DNA of 64,000 bases from Candidatus Methanomethylophilaceae archaeon. GTDB taxonomy: Archaea; Thermoplasmatota; Thermoplasmata; Methanomassiliicoccales; Methanomethylophilaceae. The position numbers and the translations under genes were made by a program. Every line of letters starts with the position of its first letter. The first letter of the stretch is position 1. The notes under the pieces are model-generated. The model saw nothing but the letters and a program-made list of their open reading frames with translations, was not told the DNA's origin and did not search any database. Shown here piece after piece: positions 42,048 to 52,462 of the stretch. The DNA is taken from positions 1 through 64,000 of the forward strand of contig CALUHR010000005.1 in assembly GCA_944320495.1 (NCBI GenBank), in the 5' to 3' direction.

Positions 42048-42866
42048 GTGAACAGATTCCTCCAGCTCTTCAGGACCGGGAACGCGGTGATGGGGATCGT
42101 CGGCGTCGTGGTCGCATCGTTCATGGCGGCCGGACTGGACATAGTCGACGGATGGGTGAATCTGATCATATCGACCGTCGTCGTGTTCATGTTCATCTGC
42201 GGCGGCAACGCGCTGAACGACTACATCGACCACGACATAGACAGGACCGCCCATCCCGAGCGTCCGATCCCCTCGGGCAGGATGGAGAGGAGGACCGCGC
42301 TGCACGCGGCCATAGTCATGCTCGGAGGAGCAGTGGTGGTATCGTTCCTGACCTTCGACCTCGAATGCATCGCCATAGTCGTTATCGCCGCGGTCCTGAT
42401 GGTCGCCTACGAGGTCGCCCTGAAGCAGAGGGGATTCGTCGGCAACGTGACCATCGCCGTGCTCACTGGCATGATGTTCCTGCTCGGAGGGGCCGTGGTC
42501 GGCGATGCGCAGGACAACGTCGTCGTCGCGCTGATGGCCCTGCTCGTATCGGTCGGCAGGGAGATCTCCAAGGACATCGAGGACATGGACTCCGACGAGG
42601 GCAGGCTCACGCTGCCGATGAGGATCGGCACCCGCAACGCCGCGGCACTGGCCTGCGTGTTCTTCGTGGCCGGCCCGGTCCTGAGCGTGCTCCCGATGGT
42701 CTGGCACAGCTACGGCCCCCTGTACTACACCGTGGTCGTCGCCGATGCGATATTCCTGTACTGCGCAGCCGTGGTCTTCAACGACCCCCACAGGGCGCAG
42801 AAGTCCGCGAAGATCGCCATGGTCGTGGCGCTCGTCTCGTTCATCCTCGGCGTGTTCAGGTTCTGA
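42048..42866 (+). CDS. UbiA-family digeranylgeranylglyceryl-phosphate synthase
   Basis: NDYIDHDIDRTAHPERPIPSG, REISKDIEDMDSD, TLPMRIG. Confidence 0.88.
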   Translation: MNRFLQLFRTGNAVMGIVGVVVASFMAAGLDIVDGWVNLIISTVVVFMFICGGNALNDYIDHDIDRTAHPERPIPSGRMERRTALHAAIVMLGGAVVVSFLTFDLECIAIVVIAAVLMVAYEVALKQRGFVGNVTIAVLTGMMFLLGGAVVGDAQDNVVVALMALLVSVGREISKDIEDMDSDEGRLTLPMRIGTRNAAALACVFFVAGPVLSVLPMVWHSYGPLYYTVVVADAIFLYCAAVVFNDPHRAQKSAKIAMVVALVSFILGVFRF

Positions 42867-42912
42867 ACCCGGTTGGGAGATGTCTCTGTACCCTTGGGTA
42901 CCGCATCGTACA

Positions 42913-42960
42913 TAGTTTCCGAAATTCAATTGATGAAAATCAATTAATAAACGGAAACTA
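42913..42960. promoter_or_regulatory. Nested palindrome, candidate MarR operator
   Basis: Outer arms TAGTTTCCG/CGGAAACTA and inner AATTGAT-gaaa-ATCAATT share one centre, 11 nt before the MFS ATG. Confidence 0.6.
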
Positions 42961-42971
42961 TCGCGCCGGAC

Positions 42972-44375
42972 ATGGCAGAGGACGCCAACTTCGGATACAA
43001 GGGCCACATGCTGCTCCTGGCAACCATCGCGCTGGGGATGTTCCTGGACGGACTGGACGGGACCATCGTCAACGTCGCGCTGCCGGACATATCGGAATCG
43101 TTCGGCATCGATTCCAGCGTGTCGTCCTGGATAGTCACCATCTACTTCCTGGTCCTGGCCGGACTGGTCCTGATATTCGGGAAGCTGTGCGACAGCGGTG
43201 CGATCAAGAAAATCGTCATCGCGGGATTCGTCGTGTTCAGCCTGGCGTCCCTCGCATGCGGGCTGTCCGACAGCATCACGCTGCTGCTGGCGTTCAGGGC
43301 GGTGCAGGGTGTCGGAGCATCGATGCTCGCCGCGTCGTCCATCATGCTGAGCGTGAAGTTCCTGCCGTCCAACATGACCAGCTTCGGGCTCGGCGTGGGA
43401 CTGCTCGGATCCTCCGTCGGAGCGGCCATCGGACCCGCCCTCGGAGGCGTCCTCGCAGAGACGATCTCCTGGCACTGGATATTCTTCATCAACGTCCCGA
43501 TCGGCCTCGTCGCCGCGTTCATCGCCTTGAAGGCCCTGCCCAGGGACTCCGGGTTCGACAGGAGCGCCTTCGACTACAAGGGCTCCGTCCTGCTGTTCCT
43601 CTCCCTGATATTCGGGCTCTACGCGCTGGAGTCCATGCCCTCCCACGGCGTGACGACCATGACGGTCGCATCCCTCGCGCTGTTCGCGGTCCTGTTCTCG
43701 GCGTTCCTGCTCTACGAGCGCAGGCAGACCGTACAGGTCCTCAGGCTGAGGCTGTTCAGGAGCGGCAGGTTCGTAGCCGTGTCGGTATCGTTCCTGATCC
43801 TGAACGCCTGCTACATGGGATGCCTGTACCTGCTGCCGTACTTCATGAGGGTGGAGCTGGGATTCGACACGATCATGTGCGGCATCATGCTGCTCATCGC
43901 TGCCGTAATGACCCTGATCTTCTGCCTCAAGGTGGGCAGGATGGCGGACCTCAGGGGCAACAGGCCCTTCGTCATAGCCGGATGCTTCCTGATGGTCGTC
44001 GCCATGACGATATTCGCGATGATGAGCGCGGACGTGCCGCTGTGGGTCCTGGTCGTCGGCGTGGCCGTGCTCGGTACCGTTTGGGGGGTCGCCGGAGGAC
44101 CCGTCGGGAGCAGGCTCATCGAGAACGTGCCCTCCGACGAGAGGGGATCCGGATCCTCCGTGCTGTCGTTCTTCATCTACTTCGGGAGCGCGCTGGGCAC
44201 TGCTCTGTTCTCCGGTCTGTTCGGATTCGGCTCCGCGTCCGCGGGACAGCCGATAGCCGACCTCGACCCCGCCGTGTTCATGGACGGGTTCGCCTTCGCC
44301 ATGGCGTTCGGAGTAGCATTGGCGGTGATCGGGCTCATAACGGCGGTGGCCGTCAACGAGAGGCGGTCCGCATGA
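42972..44375 (+). CDS. MFS transporter, DHA2 (EmrB/QacA) type
   Basis: LDGTIVNVALP, GKLCD, RAVQGVGA, WHWIFFINVPIG; about 14 TM. Confidence 0.92.
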   Translation: MAEDANFGYKGHMLLLATIALGMFLDGLDGTIVNVALPDISESFGIDSSVSSWIVTIYFLVLAGLVLIFGKLCDSGAIKKIVIAGFVVFSLASLACGLSDSITLLLAFRAVQGVGASMLAASSIMLSVKFLPSNMTSFGLGVGLLGSSVGAAIGPALGGVLAETISWHWIFFINVPIGLVAAFIALKALPRDSGFDRSAFDYKGSVLLFLSLIFGLYALESMPSHGVTTMTVASLALFAVLFSAFLLYERRQTVQVLRLRLFRSGRFVAVSVSFLILNACYMGCLYLLPYFMRVELGFDTIMCGIMLLIAAVMTLIFCLKVGRMADLRGNRPFVIAGCFLMVVAMTIFAMMSADVPLWVLVVGVAVLGTVWGVAGGPVGSRLIENVPSDERGSGSSVLSFFIYFGSALGTALFSGLFGFGSASAGQPIADLDPAVFMDGFAFAMAFGVALAVIGLITAVAVNERRSA

Positions 44376-44821
44376 ACGCCAGGGACGAGTTCAGGAACCT
44401 CATGCTCTCCATGAAGATGCTCGAGGGAGGGTTCACCGAGGGCGACGGCATCTCCGAGATGTCGTACAAGAGCTCGATCTACCTCGACCTCATCGCCCTC
44501 GGGGGCGAGATGAACGTCTCGTCCCTCGCCGGGATCATGAGGGTGTCCCCGTCGGCGGTGACCAGGAGGCTGAACATCCTCGAGGATCTGGGACTTGTGG
44601 TCCGCAGGAGGAGCGAGGGCGATTCCAGGTTCAAGACCGTGTCCCTCTCGGAGCGCGGGGAGGAGGTCCTGGGGGAGTGGAACGACGCCATAGACTCGCC
44701 CTGGGGCGACCTGCGCGACGAGTTCTCCGACGAGGAGATCGACCTCTTCTGCAGGATGCTCAGAAGAGCGTCCGAGAGATACGCCGGATACTGGGACTCC
44801 CGCTCCGGAGAGGAAGACCGA
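44372..44821 (+). CDS. MarR-family regulator
   Basis: VSPSAVTRRLNILEDLGLVVR...DSR...VSLSERG; CGA 44819-44821 overlaps the next ATG (CGATG). Confidence 0.88.
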
Positions 44822-46227
44822 TGGCGGACGACGTGCTGACGGACAGGAGGAGCCAGATACTGCTCCTCTCGGTGGCCGCCGTCGCCCTCTTCCTCGACGG
44901 TCTGGACGGGACCATCGTCAACGTGGTCCTGCCGGACATGGCGGGGGACTTCGGCACCGACACCTCCGCGACCTCGTGGGTGGTGACCGCCTACTACGTG
45001 ATGATGGCCGGGCTGATCCTGATATTCGGGAAGGTCTGCGACGCGGGCGCCCTGAAGAGGGTGTTCACGGTCGGACTGGTGGTGTTCGCCGTCGGCTCGC
45101 TCGCCTGCGGGCTCTCCGCGACCCTGCCGGTCATGCTCGTGTCCAGGGTGGTCCAGGGGATCGGCGCCGCCATGCTGGCGTCCTCGGCGTTCATGGTCGG
45201 GATAAGGTACCTGCCGAAGTCCATGTCGGGATTCGTGCTCTCGGTGAGCGTCCTCGGCATAGCCGTCGGGTCCGCCGCAGGCCCGCTCCTGGGAGCGGTC
45301 CTTGCCGAGTTCAGCTCCTGGCACATGGTGTTCCTCATCAACGTGCCCATAGCCGCCGTCGCTGCGGTCGTCGCCGTGAGGGTCGTGCCTCCGGACGCCG
45401 GATTCTCCGGGAGGGGGTTCGACATCAGGGGCGCGGCGCTGCTGTTCGTCGCCCTGGTCTGCGGCCTCTATGTGCTGGAATCGTCGCCCTCCCACGGGTT
45501 AGACACGGTGTCCGCGGTCTGCACCGCGCTGTTCTTGGTCTGCATATCGCTCTTCGTGGTGACCGAGAGGAGAGCCGCCGACCCCGTGATCAAGCTCCGT
45601 CTCTTCAGGAGCCGCGGGCTGCTGTCCGCCATGTTCCTGCTCACGATCGTGAACATGTGCTACCTGGGCTGCCTCTACCTGCTCCCGTACTACATGTCCA
45701 CCGTCATGGGCCTGGACTCCCTGGGGACCGGGCTGTACCTCGCCATCCCCGCCGTCGCGACGCTCCTGCTGTGCGTCTGGGTGGGCAGGGCGGCGGACAG
45801 GATCGGCAACCGCCCGTTCACCATCGCCGCCTCGGCGCTCATGGTCGCATCCATGGTGGCCTACGTGTTCGCCGACGCCGACCATGTGATGCCGCTGATC
45901 GCCGGCCTCGTGCTCATGGGCGTCATGTGGGGGCTCGGCGGAGGGACGATCTCCAACAGGATGCTGGACAACATGCCGGACGAGGACAGGCCCGCGGGGG
46001 CGTCGATGTCCTCGTTCCTGATCTACCTCGGATGCGCCGCCGGGACCGCCATGTTCGCGGGGCTGTTCGGATTCGGGTCCGGATCCTCCGGGACGGCGAT
46101 CGGGGACTTTGACGCGGCGACCTTCCTGGACGGGTTCGCCCTGGCCTGCATCGCAGGGGCGGTGCTCTCCGCGATAGGTCTGATCCTGTCCGTATCGAGG
46201 GACGAGAGACGCGGCGAATGTGAATAA
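44821..46227 (+). CDS. MFS transporter, DHA2 type (paralogue of 42972-44375)
   Basis: Same motifs as the first MFS gene; ends in TAA. Confidence 0.92.
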   Translation: MADDVLTDRRSQILLLSVAAVALFLDGLDGTIVNVVLPDMAGDFGTDTSATSWVVTAYYVMMAGLILIFGKVCDAGALKRVFTVGLVVFAVGSLACGLSATLPVMLVSRVVQGIGAAMLASSAFMVGIRYLPKSMSGFVLSVSVLGIAVGSAAGPLLGAVLAEFSSWHMVFLINVPIAAVAAVVAVRVVPPDAGFSGRGFDIRGAALLFVALVCGLYVLESSPSHGLDTVSAVCTALFLVCISLFVVTERRAADPVIKLRLFRSRGLLSAMFLLTIVNMCYLGCLYLLPYYMSTVMGLDSLGTGLYLAIPAVATLLLCVWVGRAADRIGNRPFTIAASALMVASMVAYVFADADHVMPLIAGLVLMGVMWGLGGGTISNRMLDNMPDEDRPAGASMSSFLIYLGCAAGTAMFAGLFGFGSGSSGTAIGDFDAATFLDGFALACIAGAVLSAIGLILSVSRDERRGECE

Positions 46228-46250
46228 GCGAAGGATGCCATCAGGGTCGC

Positions 46251-46664
46251 ATGAGGATGGAGAACGACCCCGGACTGAGGGGTATGTACCAGGCCCTGAG
46301 GAGATACGATGTCGGCGTGCTGAGGACGGTCTCGGCCAGGAAGGCCCTGAAGATCGCCGCCCTGGACGCGTCCCTGGCAGGATCCGAGCCGGACAGGAAC
46401 AAGAGGCTGCTGCGCACGTACCTGGACGAGGACCGCATCGCCTACGAGACGGTGGCGTACGTCCTGTCCCTGCCCGAGGAGGGGTTCGAGGAGGCGATAG
46501 CCGAGATCGGACCCGCCATGAGGCCGGAGTACACAGACATACCGCGCTCGGTAATGGACTCCTACAGGCGCGGGCTCACGGACCTCGAGCTCAGGATGGA
46601 GCAGAAGGCCGCCGAGTATGCCGACGACGTGATAGGCATCGTGAGCGGCCACTGCGAGTACCGA
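46251..46664 (+). CDS. Hypothetical helical protein (137 aa)
   Basis: Host-like codon usage up to GHCEY, then CGA 46662-46664, 4 nt before the convergent cbiO stop. Confidence 0.65.
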
Positions 46665-46668
46665 CGGC

Positions 46669-47811
46669 TCACAGGACCTTCGTCTCGACGACGGTCCCGA
46701 AGTCCTCCAGCCTGCGGATCTTGGACGCCACGATGTCGACGCAGCCCTCGTCGCACAGCAGCACGACGTCGCGGCCCATCAGACACTGGGACATGCACGA
46801 TTCGAACCCGTCGAACACGTAGTCCACGGGGACGCCGCTGTCCGGCAGGAGACGGCGGCAGGTGGTCCCGTAGAGCCCCAGCCTTATCTCGGTCCCTCCG
46901 AGCCATGAGACGGCGGAGTCGACCATGGAGGGGGACATGGCGTCCCTGACGGGAAGTATGACAAACCTCCCCTTGGGGCCGGACGCCATCTTCGACACGA
47001 GCTGCGTCTCGGTCCTCGGGAAGGGCACCTCCGGCAGCCCGCGCATGTCGCACAGGCTCTTGTTGATCAGGAACATCGACGGCTGGATCAGCCCGGTGAG
47101 GTAGACCTGCACCGGGTCGGAGTAGAAGCCCTCGGACTCGCCCGAGTAGATCAGACGGCCCTTCCTGAGTACATGTATCTCGTCCGCCCACGCGTACGCG
47201 AGGTCGACGTCGTGTGTGGAGATCACCACGGTGGTGCCCGAGTGGTGCAGCTGCTCGGCGAGCTCCATGAGTTCCAGGGACATCTGCGGGTCCAGACCGG
47301 CGGTGGGCTCGTCCATAACTAGGACCTCCGGCTCCATGGCGATGGCGCCGGCTATCGAGAGCCTCTTCCTCTGACCGTAGGAGAGCTTCATGGTGTTCCT
47401 GTCCCTCATGCCGGACATGCCGACCAGGGCCAGGGCGCGCTCCACCCTCGCCTCGACCTCCCTCTCGTCCAGACCGAGGTTGCGGGGCCCGTAGGCGACG
47501 TCGTCTTCCACGGTCTGCCCGAAGATCTGGTCGTCGGGGTTCTGAAGGACCACGGCGACCCTGGACCTCAGCTCCCTGAGGCCTCTGCGCCTGTACCCGA
47601 CCGGCTGCCCGTCGAAGAGGACGCGGCCGGAGCTCGGCCTGAACAGGCCGTTGAAATGGTAGAACAGCGTGGACTTCCCGGCACCGTTGGCTCCGAGGAT
47701 GACAGTCCTGACGCCCCTGCCTATCCTGAGGGAAACGCCGTCAAGCGAGGGGCTGTCGTTGCCCGAGTATCTGAATGTCAGGTCCTGCGTCTCTATGATC
47801 GGATCGCCCAT
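46669..47811 (-). CDS. cbiO: ECF transporter ATPase CbiO (copy 2) with C-terminal extension
   Basis: GANGAGKST, QNPDDQIF, LSYGQRKR, DEPTAGLDP; TGATG-coupled to copy 1. Confidence 0.9.
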   Translation of the reverse strand: MGDPIIETQDLTFRYSGNDSPSLDGVSLRIGRGVRTVILGANGAGKSTLFYHFNGLFRPSSGRVLFDGQPVGYRRRGLRELRSRVAVVLQNPDDQIFGQTVEDDVAYGPRNLGLDEREVEARVERALALVGMSGMRDRNTMKLSYGQRKRLSIAGAIAMEPEVLVMDEPTAGLDPQMSLELMELAEQLHHSGTTVVISTHDVDLAYAWADEIHVLRKGRLIYSGESEGFYSDPVQVYLTGLIQPSMFLINKSLCDMRGLPEVPFPRTETQLVSKMASGPKGRFVILPVRDAMSPSMVDSAVSWLGGTEIRLGLYGTTCRRLLPDSGVPVDYVFDGFESCMSQCLMGRDVVLLCDEGCVDIVASKIRRLEDFGTVVETKVL

Positions 47812-48929
47812 CAGACCACCTCCGGCGCCCTTCCGAATGCCGAGAGGCCTCTGATGCGCTCCCTGACGACATCCACGAGCTCGGGGTCGCAGTAGAGTAC
47901 GGCATCGCGGCCCTGCATCGCCCCGAGACAGCATCCCTCTATCGCGTCGAAGTAGACGTCCGCCCTGGACCCGGTCTCGTCGAAGAGCCTCCTGGTGCGG
48001 AACCCGTAGATGCCCACCAGCTCGCCGCCGTCATCGGGGACCGCACCGTCCTCTGGCACCGCCCTTACGGATATCCTCCCGAACCTCGCCTCCGGGGGCG
48101 ACATCTTCGCCAGCAGCTGGCTCTCCGTCCTCGGGTAGGGGGACTCGGACCTGCCGCGGATGCCCTCGACGGAGCGGTTCACGGAGAACGTGTGGGGGAC
48201 GGTCAGCCCGGCGAGCGACACGGCGTCGCGGTCGCCGAAGAAGGGCTCCGGCGGTCCGGAGTAGACCAGACGGCCCATCCTGAGGACATGTATCTCCTCG
48301 GCCCAGGAGTACGCCAGGTCGACGTCGTGGGTGGATATCACCACGGTGGTGCCCGCCAGGCACATCTGGTCGACCAGCTCCATGACCTCCTGGGACATCT
48401 GGGGATCGAGACCGGCCGTCGGCTCGTCGAGGATCAGAACCTTCGGCTCCATGGCCAGCGCCCCGGCGATGGCGACCCTCTTCTTCTGCCCGTAGGACAG
48501 CTGGGTTGTCGGGCGGTACCTGTACTCCTCCATGCCGACCTTGAACAGCGAGTCCCTGATCCTGCCCTCGACGATGTCCGGGTGCAGGTTCATGTTCATC
48601 GGGCCGAAGGCCACGTCCTCCTCCACGGTGGAGGAGAATATCTGCTCGTCGGGATTCTGGACGACGACCGCCACATCCTCCCTCAGCTGGTAGAGGTGCT
48701 CCCTCTCGTAGCTCATGGGGATGTCCCTGTAGAACATCTCCCCCTCGCTGGGACGGTAGACGCCGTTGAAATGGTAGAACAGTGTGGACTTCCCGGCCCC
48801 GTTGGCGCCGAGGATCACCGTGCGGACCCCCTCGCGTATCCCCACCGATACATGGTGGAGCGAATACGGGGAGTCCTCCCCCCTGCCGTACCTGTGGGAC
48901 ACGTCCCTGGCCTCGAGTATGTATTCCAT
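47811..48929 (-). CDS. cbiO: ECF transporter ATPase CbiO (copy 1) with C-terminal extension
   Basis: GANGAGKST, QNPDEQIF, LSYGQKKR, DEPTAGLDP. Confidence 0.9.
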   Translation of the reverse strand: MEYILEARDVSHRYGRGEDSPYSLHHVSVGIREGVRTVILGANGAGKSTLFYHFNGVYRPSEGEMFYRDIPMSYEREHLYQLREDVAVVVQNPDEQIFSSTVEEDVAFGPMNMNLHPDIVEGRIRDSLFKVGMEEYRYRPTTQLSYGQKKRVAIAGALAMEPKVLILDEPTAGLDPQMSQEVMELVDQMCLAGTTVVISTHDVDLAYSWAEEIHVLRMGRLVYSGPPEPFFGDRDAVSLAGLTVPHTFSVNRSVEGIRGRSESPYPRTESQLLAKMSPPEARFGRISVRAVPEDGAVPDDGGELVGIYGFRTRRLFDETGSRADVYFDAIEGCCLGAMQGRDAVLYCDPELVDVVRERIRGLSAFGRAPEVV

Positions 48930-48933
48930 GATC

Positions 48934-49779
48934 TCACGCTCCGAACGCCAGTCCGGCGAAGTCCACGACGCCCTCGGTGTGGATCCCGAGGATGTAGAGC
49001 AGTGCGAACGCTATGACCGCCACCGAGATCCAGCCGATGCCGGCCCTCTGCGGACGGTTGTATATCGGGAAGTAGCCGCGATATCCCCTGCACTCCAGGG
49101 AGACCTGCGCCTTGTCGGCGAGGTTCATCGACGATGTGAAGATGCCCACGGCGATGGATGCGACCGTGCTGATGGACCTCCTGATCCCGGAGAATCCCAG
49201 CCTGCTGCCCGCCGCGCTCCACATGGTGTCCATCCTCTCCAGGAGGAGGAACGCGTAGCGGTAGATCAGCACGACGATCTCGCAGATCTCGTCGGGTATG
49301 CGGATCTGCCTCAGCGCCTGTGCGAGATGCGGGATGGGGGTGGACGTGGCGAAGGCCATCATCATCGTGATGCCGGCCACCGACCTCAGCAGTACGAGCC
49401 ACGCCTGGTTGAAGCTGTCCGCGGTCATGTAGAAGTCGAGCCACAGGAAGTCCGCGGACCAGATGCAGGGCTGCGAGTGGTCCCCGTTGATGGAGATGAT
49501 CCCGCAAGCCACTATGAGTATGAGGAGGGCCTCGGCGATGGCCACCCCGAGCATGAAGGGTATCCTCATGTTCGTGGAGTAGGCCATCAGGGCGAGGCCC
49601 AGGGCGAGGACCGCGAAGGCGGTGATCACCGAGTCGGTCATCACGTTGACGACCAGCACGGCGATGACGAGGATCAGCTTCCCCAGCGGCGCCCAGATCA
49701 GCATGCGCGAGCTGTACGCCAGCGCGTCCATCCTGATGTGCTCCGACGTCCCGGAGTCGCTGGTCCTCCCCCCGCCCAT
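48934..49779 (-). CDS. cbiQ: Cobalt ECF transporter T component
   Basis: STPIPHL...LIYRYAFLL...RLG...SLECRGY motifs. Confidence 0.9.
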   Translation of the reverse strand: MGGGRTSDSGTSEHIRMDALAYSSRMLIWAPLGKLILVIAVLVVNVMTDSVITAFAVLALGLALMAYSTNMRIPFMLGVAIAEALLILIVACGIISINGDHSQPCIWSADFLWLDFYMTADSFNQAWLVLLRSVAGITMMMAFATSTPIPHLAQALRQIRIPDEICEIVVLIYRYAFLLLERMDTMWSAAGSRLGFSGIRRSISTVASIAVGIFTSSMNLADKAQVSLECRGYRGYFPIYNRPQRAGIGWISVAVIAFALLYILGIHTEGVVDFAGLAFGA

Positions 49780-49785
49780 CCGAGA

Positions 49786-50829
49786 TCACCTGTAGTAGTA
49801 CCTCTCGGTGCTGCCGGCGGACTCGGAGGACGCTCCGGCGACGGGCTTGGGGCCGTCCCCGCCGGACTGCTGCCTCTCCTCCTTGTTCTTGGTGTACCTT
49901 CCGATGAAGAAGCCGATGATGATCGCTCCGATGGCGGCCTGCAGGGCGAAGAGCATGCTCTCGGTCTCGCCGGGCAGCTCGTAGTCGCCGAAGATGCCGG
50001 TGAACCACGGGACGTAGTCGTCGCCGATCACGCTGCCGGCGGCGTCGTCTGCTCCTCCGAACCCGAATCCGTTGACGGACCCGTACCAGAGGATGGCGAT
50101 GACGGCGGCCGCGATTATGACGAACCCGGCGATGTAGATGCTCCTGGACCTGCCGGAGCCGGTCTCCTCGACCTTCTGGGCGTTCTTGCTGGGGAACAGG
50201 ATGCCCCCGGCGGTCTCGAACACCTCGGGCTTGTTGTTGAGCAGGTAGTTGGCGAACATGTAGAACAGGATACCCTCCATGATGGACAGGGGGATCTGCG
50301 TGATGGCGAATGTGGTGAGGAACTCGGAGTACCCTCCCCAGTTGAGGCCCATCTGGACCGAGGTGCAGACATAGGTGCAGAGATCCGCGAAGACGGCGGC
50401 ACCGAGCATGCTGACGGCGATGCCCGCCCCGGCCCTCCTCATGACGTTCCAAACGAGGATCCCGCAGAGGGGTCCGAAGATACCCATGGAGAACACATTG
50501 GCTCCGAGGGTGGTGATTCCGCCGTGGGCGAGGAGGATCGCCTGGAAGATCAGGACGATGAGCGCCAGGAAAGAGGTGGCGCTGACCCCGTAGAGGACGG
50601 CGGAGAGCCCCGTACCCGTGGGGTGGGAGCTCGAACCCGTCATGGACGGGAGCTTCATCGACGAGAGCAGGAATATGAACGCCCCGGAAAGGGCGACGGT
50701 CATCTTCTGTTCGGGATGCTCGCGCATCAGCTTCACTACCGCCCTCGCTCCCAATACCACGAACGGGATGGCCAGTATGAACCAGACGGCGCACCATATA
50801 GGATCCAGATATCCTTCCATTATGTGCAT
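49786..50829 (-). CDS. cbiM: Cobalt ECF S component CbiM fused to CbiN
   Basis: MHIMEGYL N-terminus, SSSHPTG, AHGGITTLGAN; C-terminal GGADD...PWF...ETESMLFALQAAIG (CbiN). Confidence 0.92.
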   Translation of the reverse strand: MHIMEGYLDPIWCAVWFILAIPFVVLGARAVVKLMREHPEQKMTVALSGAFIFLLSSMKLPSMTGSSSHPTGTGLSAVLYGVSATSFLALIVLIFQAILLAHGGITTLGANVFSMGIFGPLCGILVWNVMRRAGAGIAVSMLGAAVFADLCTYVCTSVQMGLNWGGYSEFLTTFAITQIPLSIMEGILFYMFANYLLNNKPEVFETAGGILFPSKNAQKVEETGSGRSRSIYIAGFVIIAAAVIAILWYGSVNGFGFGGADDAAGSVIGDDYVPWFTGIFGDYELPGETESMLFALQAAIGAIIIGFFIGRYTKNKEERQQSGGDGPKPVAGASSESAGSTERYYYR

Positions 50830-51309
50830 GTTGGATCACCAGTGTGATTGGACCCCTCCCGGTCCCGGGACAGGTCGGACCGCGGTCATACCGCTACCAA
50901 TAGGAATTGGATGATGTAACCAACTCGTTCTATTTAGATTGAACCATACATCCAACTCGTTATCTGGTAGATATTGTCAATCCTACCAATCGGAGAAAGT
51001 ATCCCGCGAGCGGAGCCAGAATCCGGTTCGGATGCGTCGGAAACCCGTCGATCATGACGATTTCCGGCATCATCAGACCTACCCATACCCTACCGGAGTA
51101 TGGTTATATGGATGTTTTTTGATAGCGACCGCGGGCATCCGCCATCACCCCGCGGATCCCCCGCCAGGGTGCCGAGGACGTCTGGCTCCCGTCCCGAACG
51201 ATGTCTGAATATTCATATACGAATTTTTTAGTGGACAACTATTATCTATCAATAGTCGCAGTACACGCAGTTAACCCCGTTGACATCGGGGCGATAGAGG
51301 GGCTTCGAC

Positions 51310-52461
51310 GTGACAAAGACCTACGAAGAGATCAACGAGAGGATCCGTTCAGGCAAAGCTGTCGTGATGACCGCCGAGGAGGTCGTGGACCTCGTCAGGG
51401 AGAAAGGCGCTGAGCGCGCCGCCGAGGAGGTCGACGTCGTCACCACCGGCACCTTCGGGGCCATGTGCTCATCCGGCGCGTTCGTCAACTTCGGCCATGC
51501 CGACCCGCCCATCAGGATGACGGACATCCGCCTCAACGGGGTCGAGGCCTACGGAGGCCTCGCTGCCGTCGACACCTACATCGGCGCGACCTCCCTCATC
51601 GACCCGCCCGGCACCGGTTACGGCGGGGCGCACGTCATCGAGGACCTCATCGCGGGCAAGAAGGTCCACCTCCAGGCATGGGGGCCCGGCACCGACTGCT
51701 ATGTCCGCAAGAGCATCGACACCTACATCACGCTCGACGACGTGAACGAAGCCTACCTCTACAACCCCCGCAACATGTACCAGAACTACGGCGTCGCCAC
51801 CAACACGTCGGACAGGACGCTGTACACCTACATGGGCAAGCTCATGCCCCGCATGAAGAACGCCACGTACAGCTCCGCGGGCGAGCTCTCGCCCCTGCTG
51901 AACGACCCCCACCTGGACACCATCGGCATGGGCACCAGGATCTTCCTCGCCGGCGGCGAGGGATACGTGGCGTGGCAGGGCACCCAGTTCAGCACCACGG
52001 CCCCGGAGGTCAACGGAGTCCCCACGCAGGGATCCAGGACCCTGGCCGTCATCGGCGACATGAAGCAGATGGACGCGAAGTACGTCAGGGGGCTGGACAT
52101 CACCGGTTACGGGATATCCCTCGCCATAGGCATCGGCGTCCCGATACCCGTGCTGAACAAGGACGTCATGCAGAGGTGCGCCATCTCCAACGAGGAGATC
52201 TTCGCGGAGATGGTGGACTACAGCATCCCGTCCAAGAGGCCCTGCATGCAGCGCTACTCCTACGCCCAGCTCCGCTCCGGGCAGATCGAGTACCAGGGCA
52301 AGACGGTCAGGACCTCGGCAATGTCCTCCCTGCACGGGGCCAGGGACGTGGCGAACACCCTGAAGGACTGGATCGAGCACGGGGAGTTACTGCTCAACGA
52401 GCCCTGCCTGCCGATGCCGCGCGAAGGCAAGCTCAAATCCCTGATGGAGAGAGGTGTCTGA
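51310..52461 (+). CDS. Homocysteine biosynthesis protein (MA1821/DUF39 family), no CBS domains
   Basis: KTYEEINERI...DVVTTGTFGAMCSSGA...YGGLAAVD...RTLYTYMG...GELSPLLND. Confidence 0.9.
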   Translation: MTKTYEEINERIRSGKAVVMTAEEVVDLVREKGAERAAEEVDVVTTGTFGAMCSSGAFVNFGHADPPIRMTDIRLNGVEAYGGLAAVDTYIGATSLIDPPGTGYGGAHVIEDLIAGKKVHLQAWGPGTDCYVRKSIDTYITLDDVNEAYLYNPRNMYQNYGVATNTSDRTLYTYMGKLMPRMKNATYSSAGELSPLLNDPHLDTIGMGTRIFLAGGEGYVAWQGTQFSTTAPEVNGVPTQGSRTLAVIGDMKQMDAKYVRGLDITGYGISLAIGIGVPIPVLNKDVMQRCAISNEEIFAEMVDYSIPSKRPCMQRYSYAQLRSGQIEYQGKTVRTSAMSSLHGARDVANTLKDWIEHGELLLNEPCLPMPREGKLKSLMERGV

Positions 52462-52462
52462 G

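Noticed and set aside
50830-51309. Cobalamin riboswitch or NikR operator upstream of cbiM; short repeat CCAACTCGTT at 50920 and 50952
   Set aside because: No B12-box consensus seen; the repeat and short palindromes are too weak to call.
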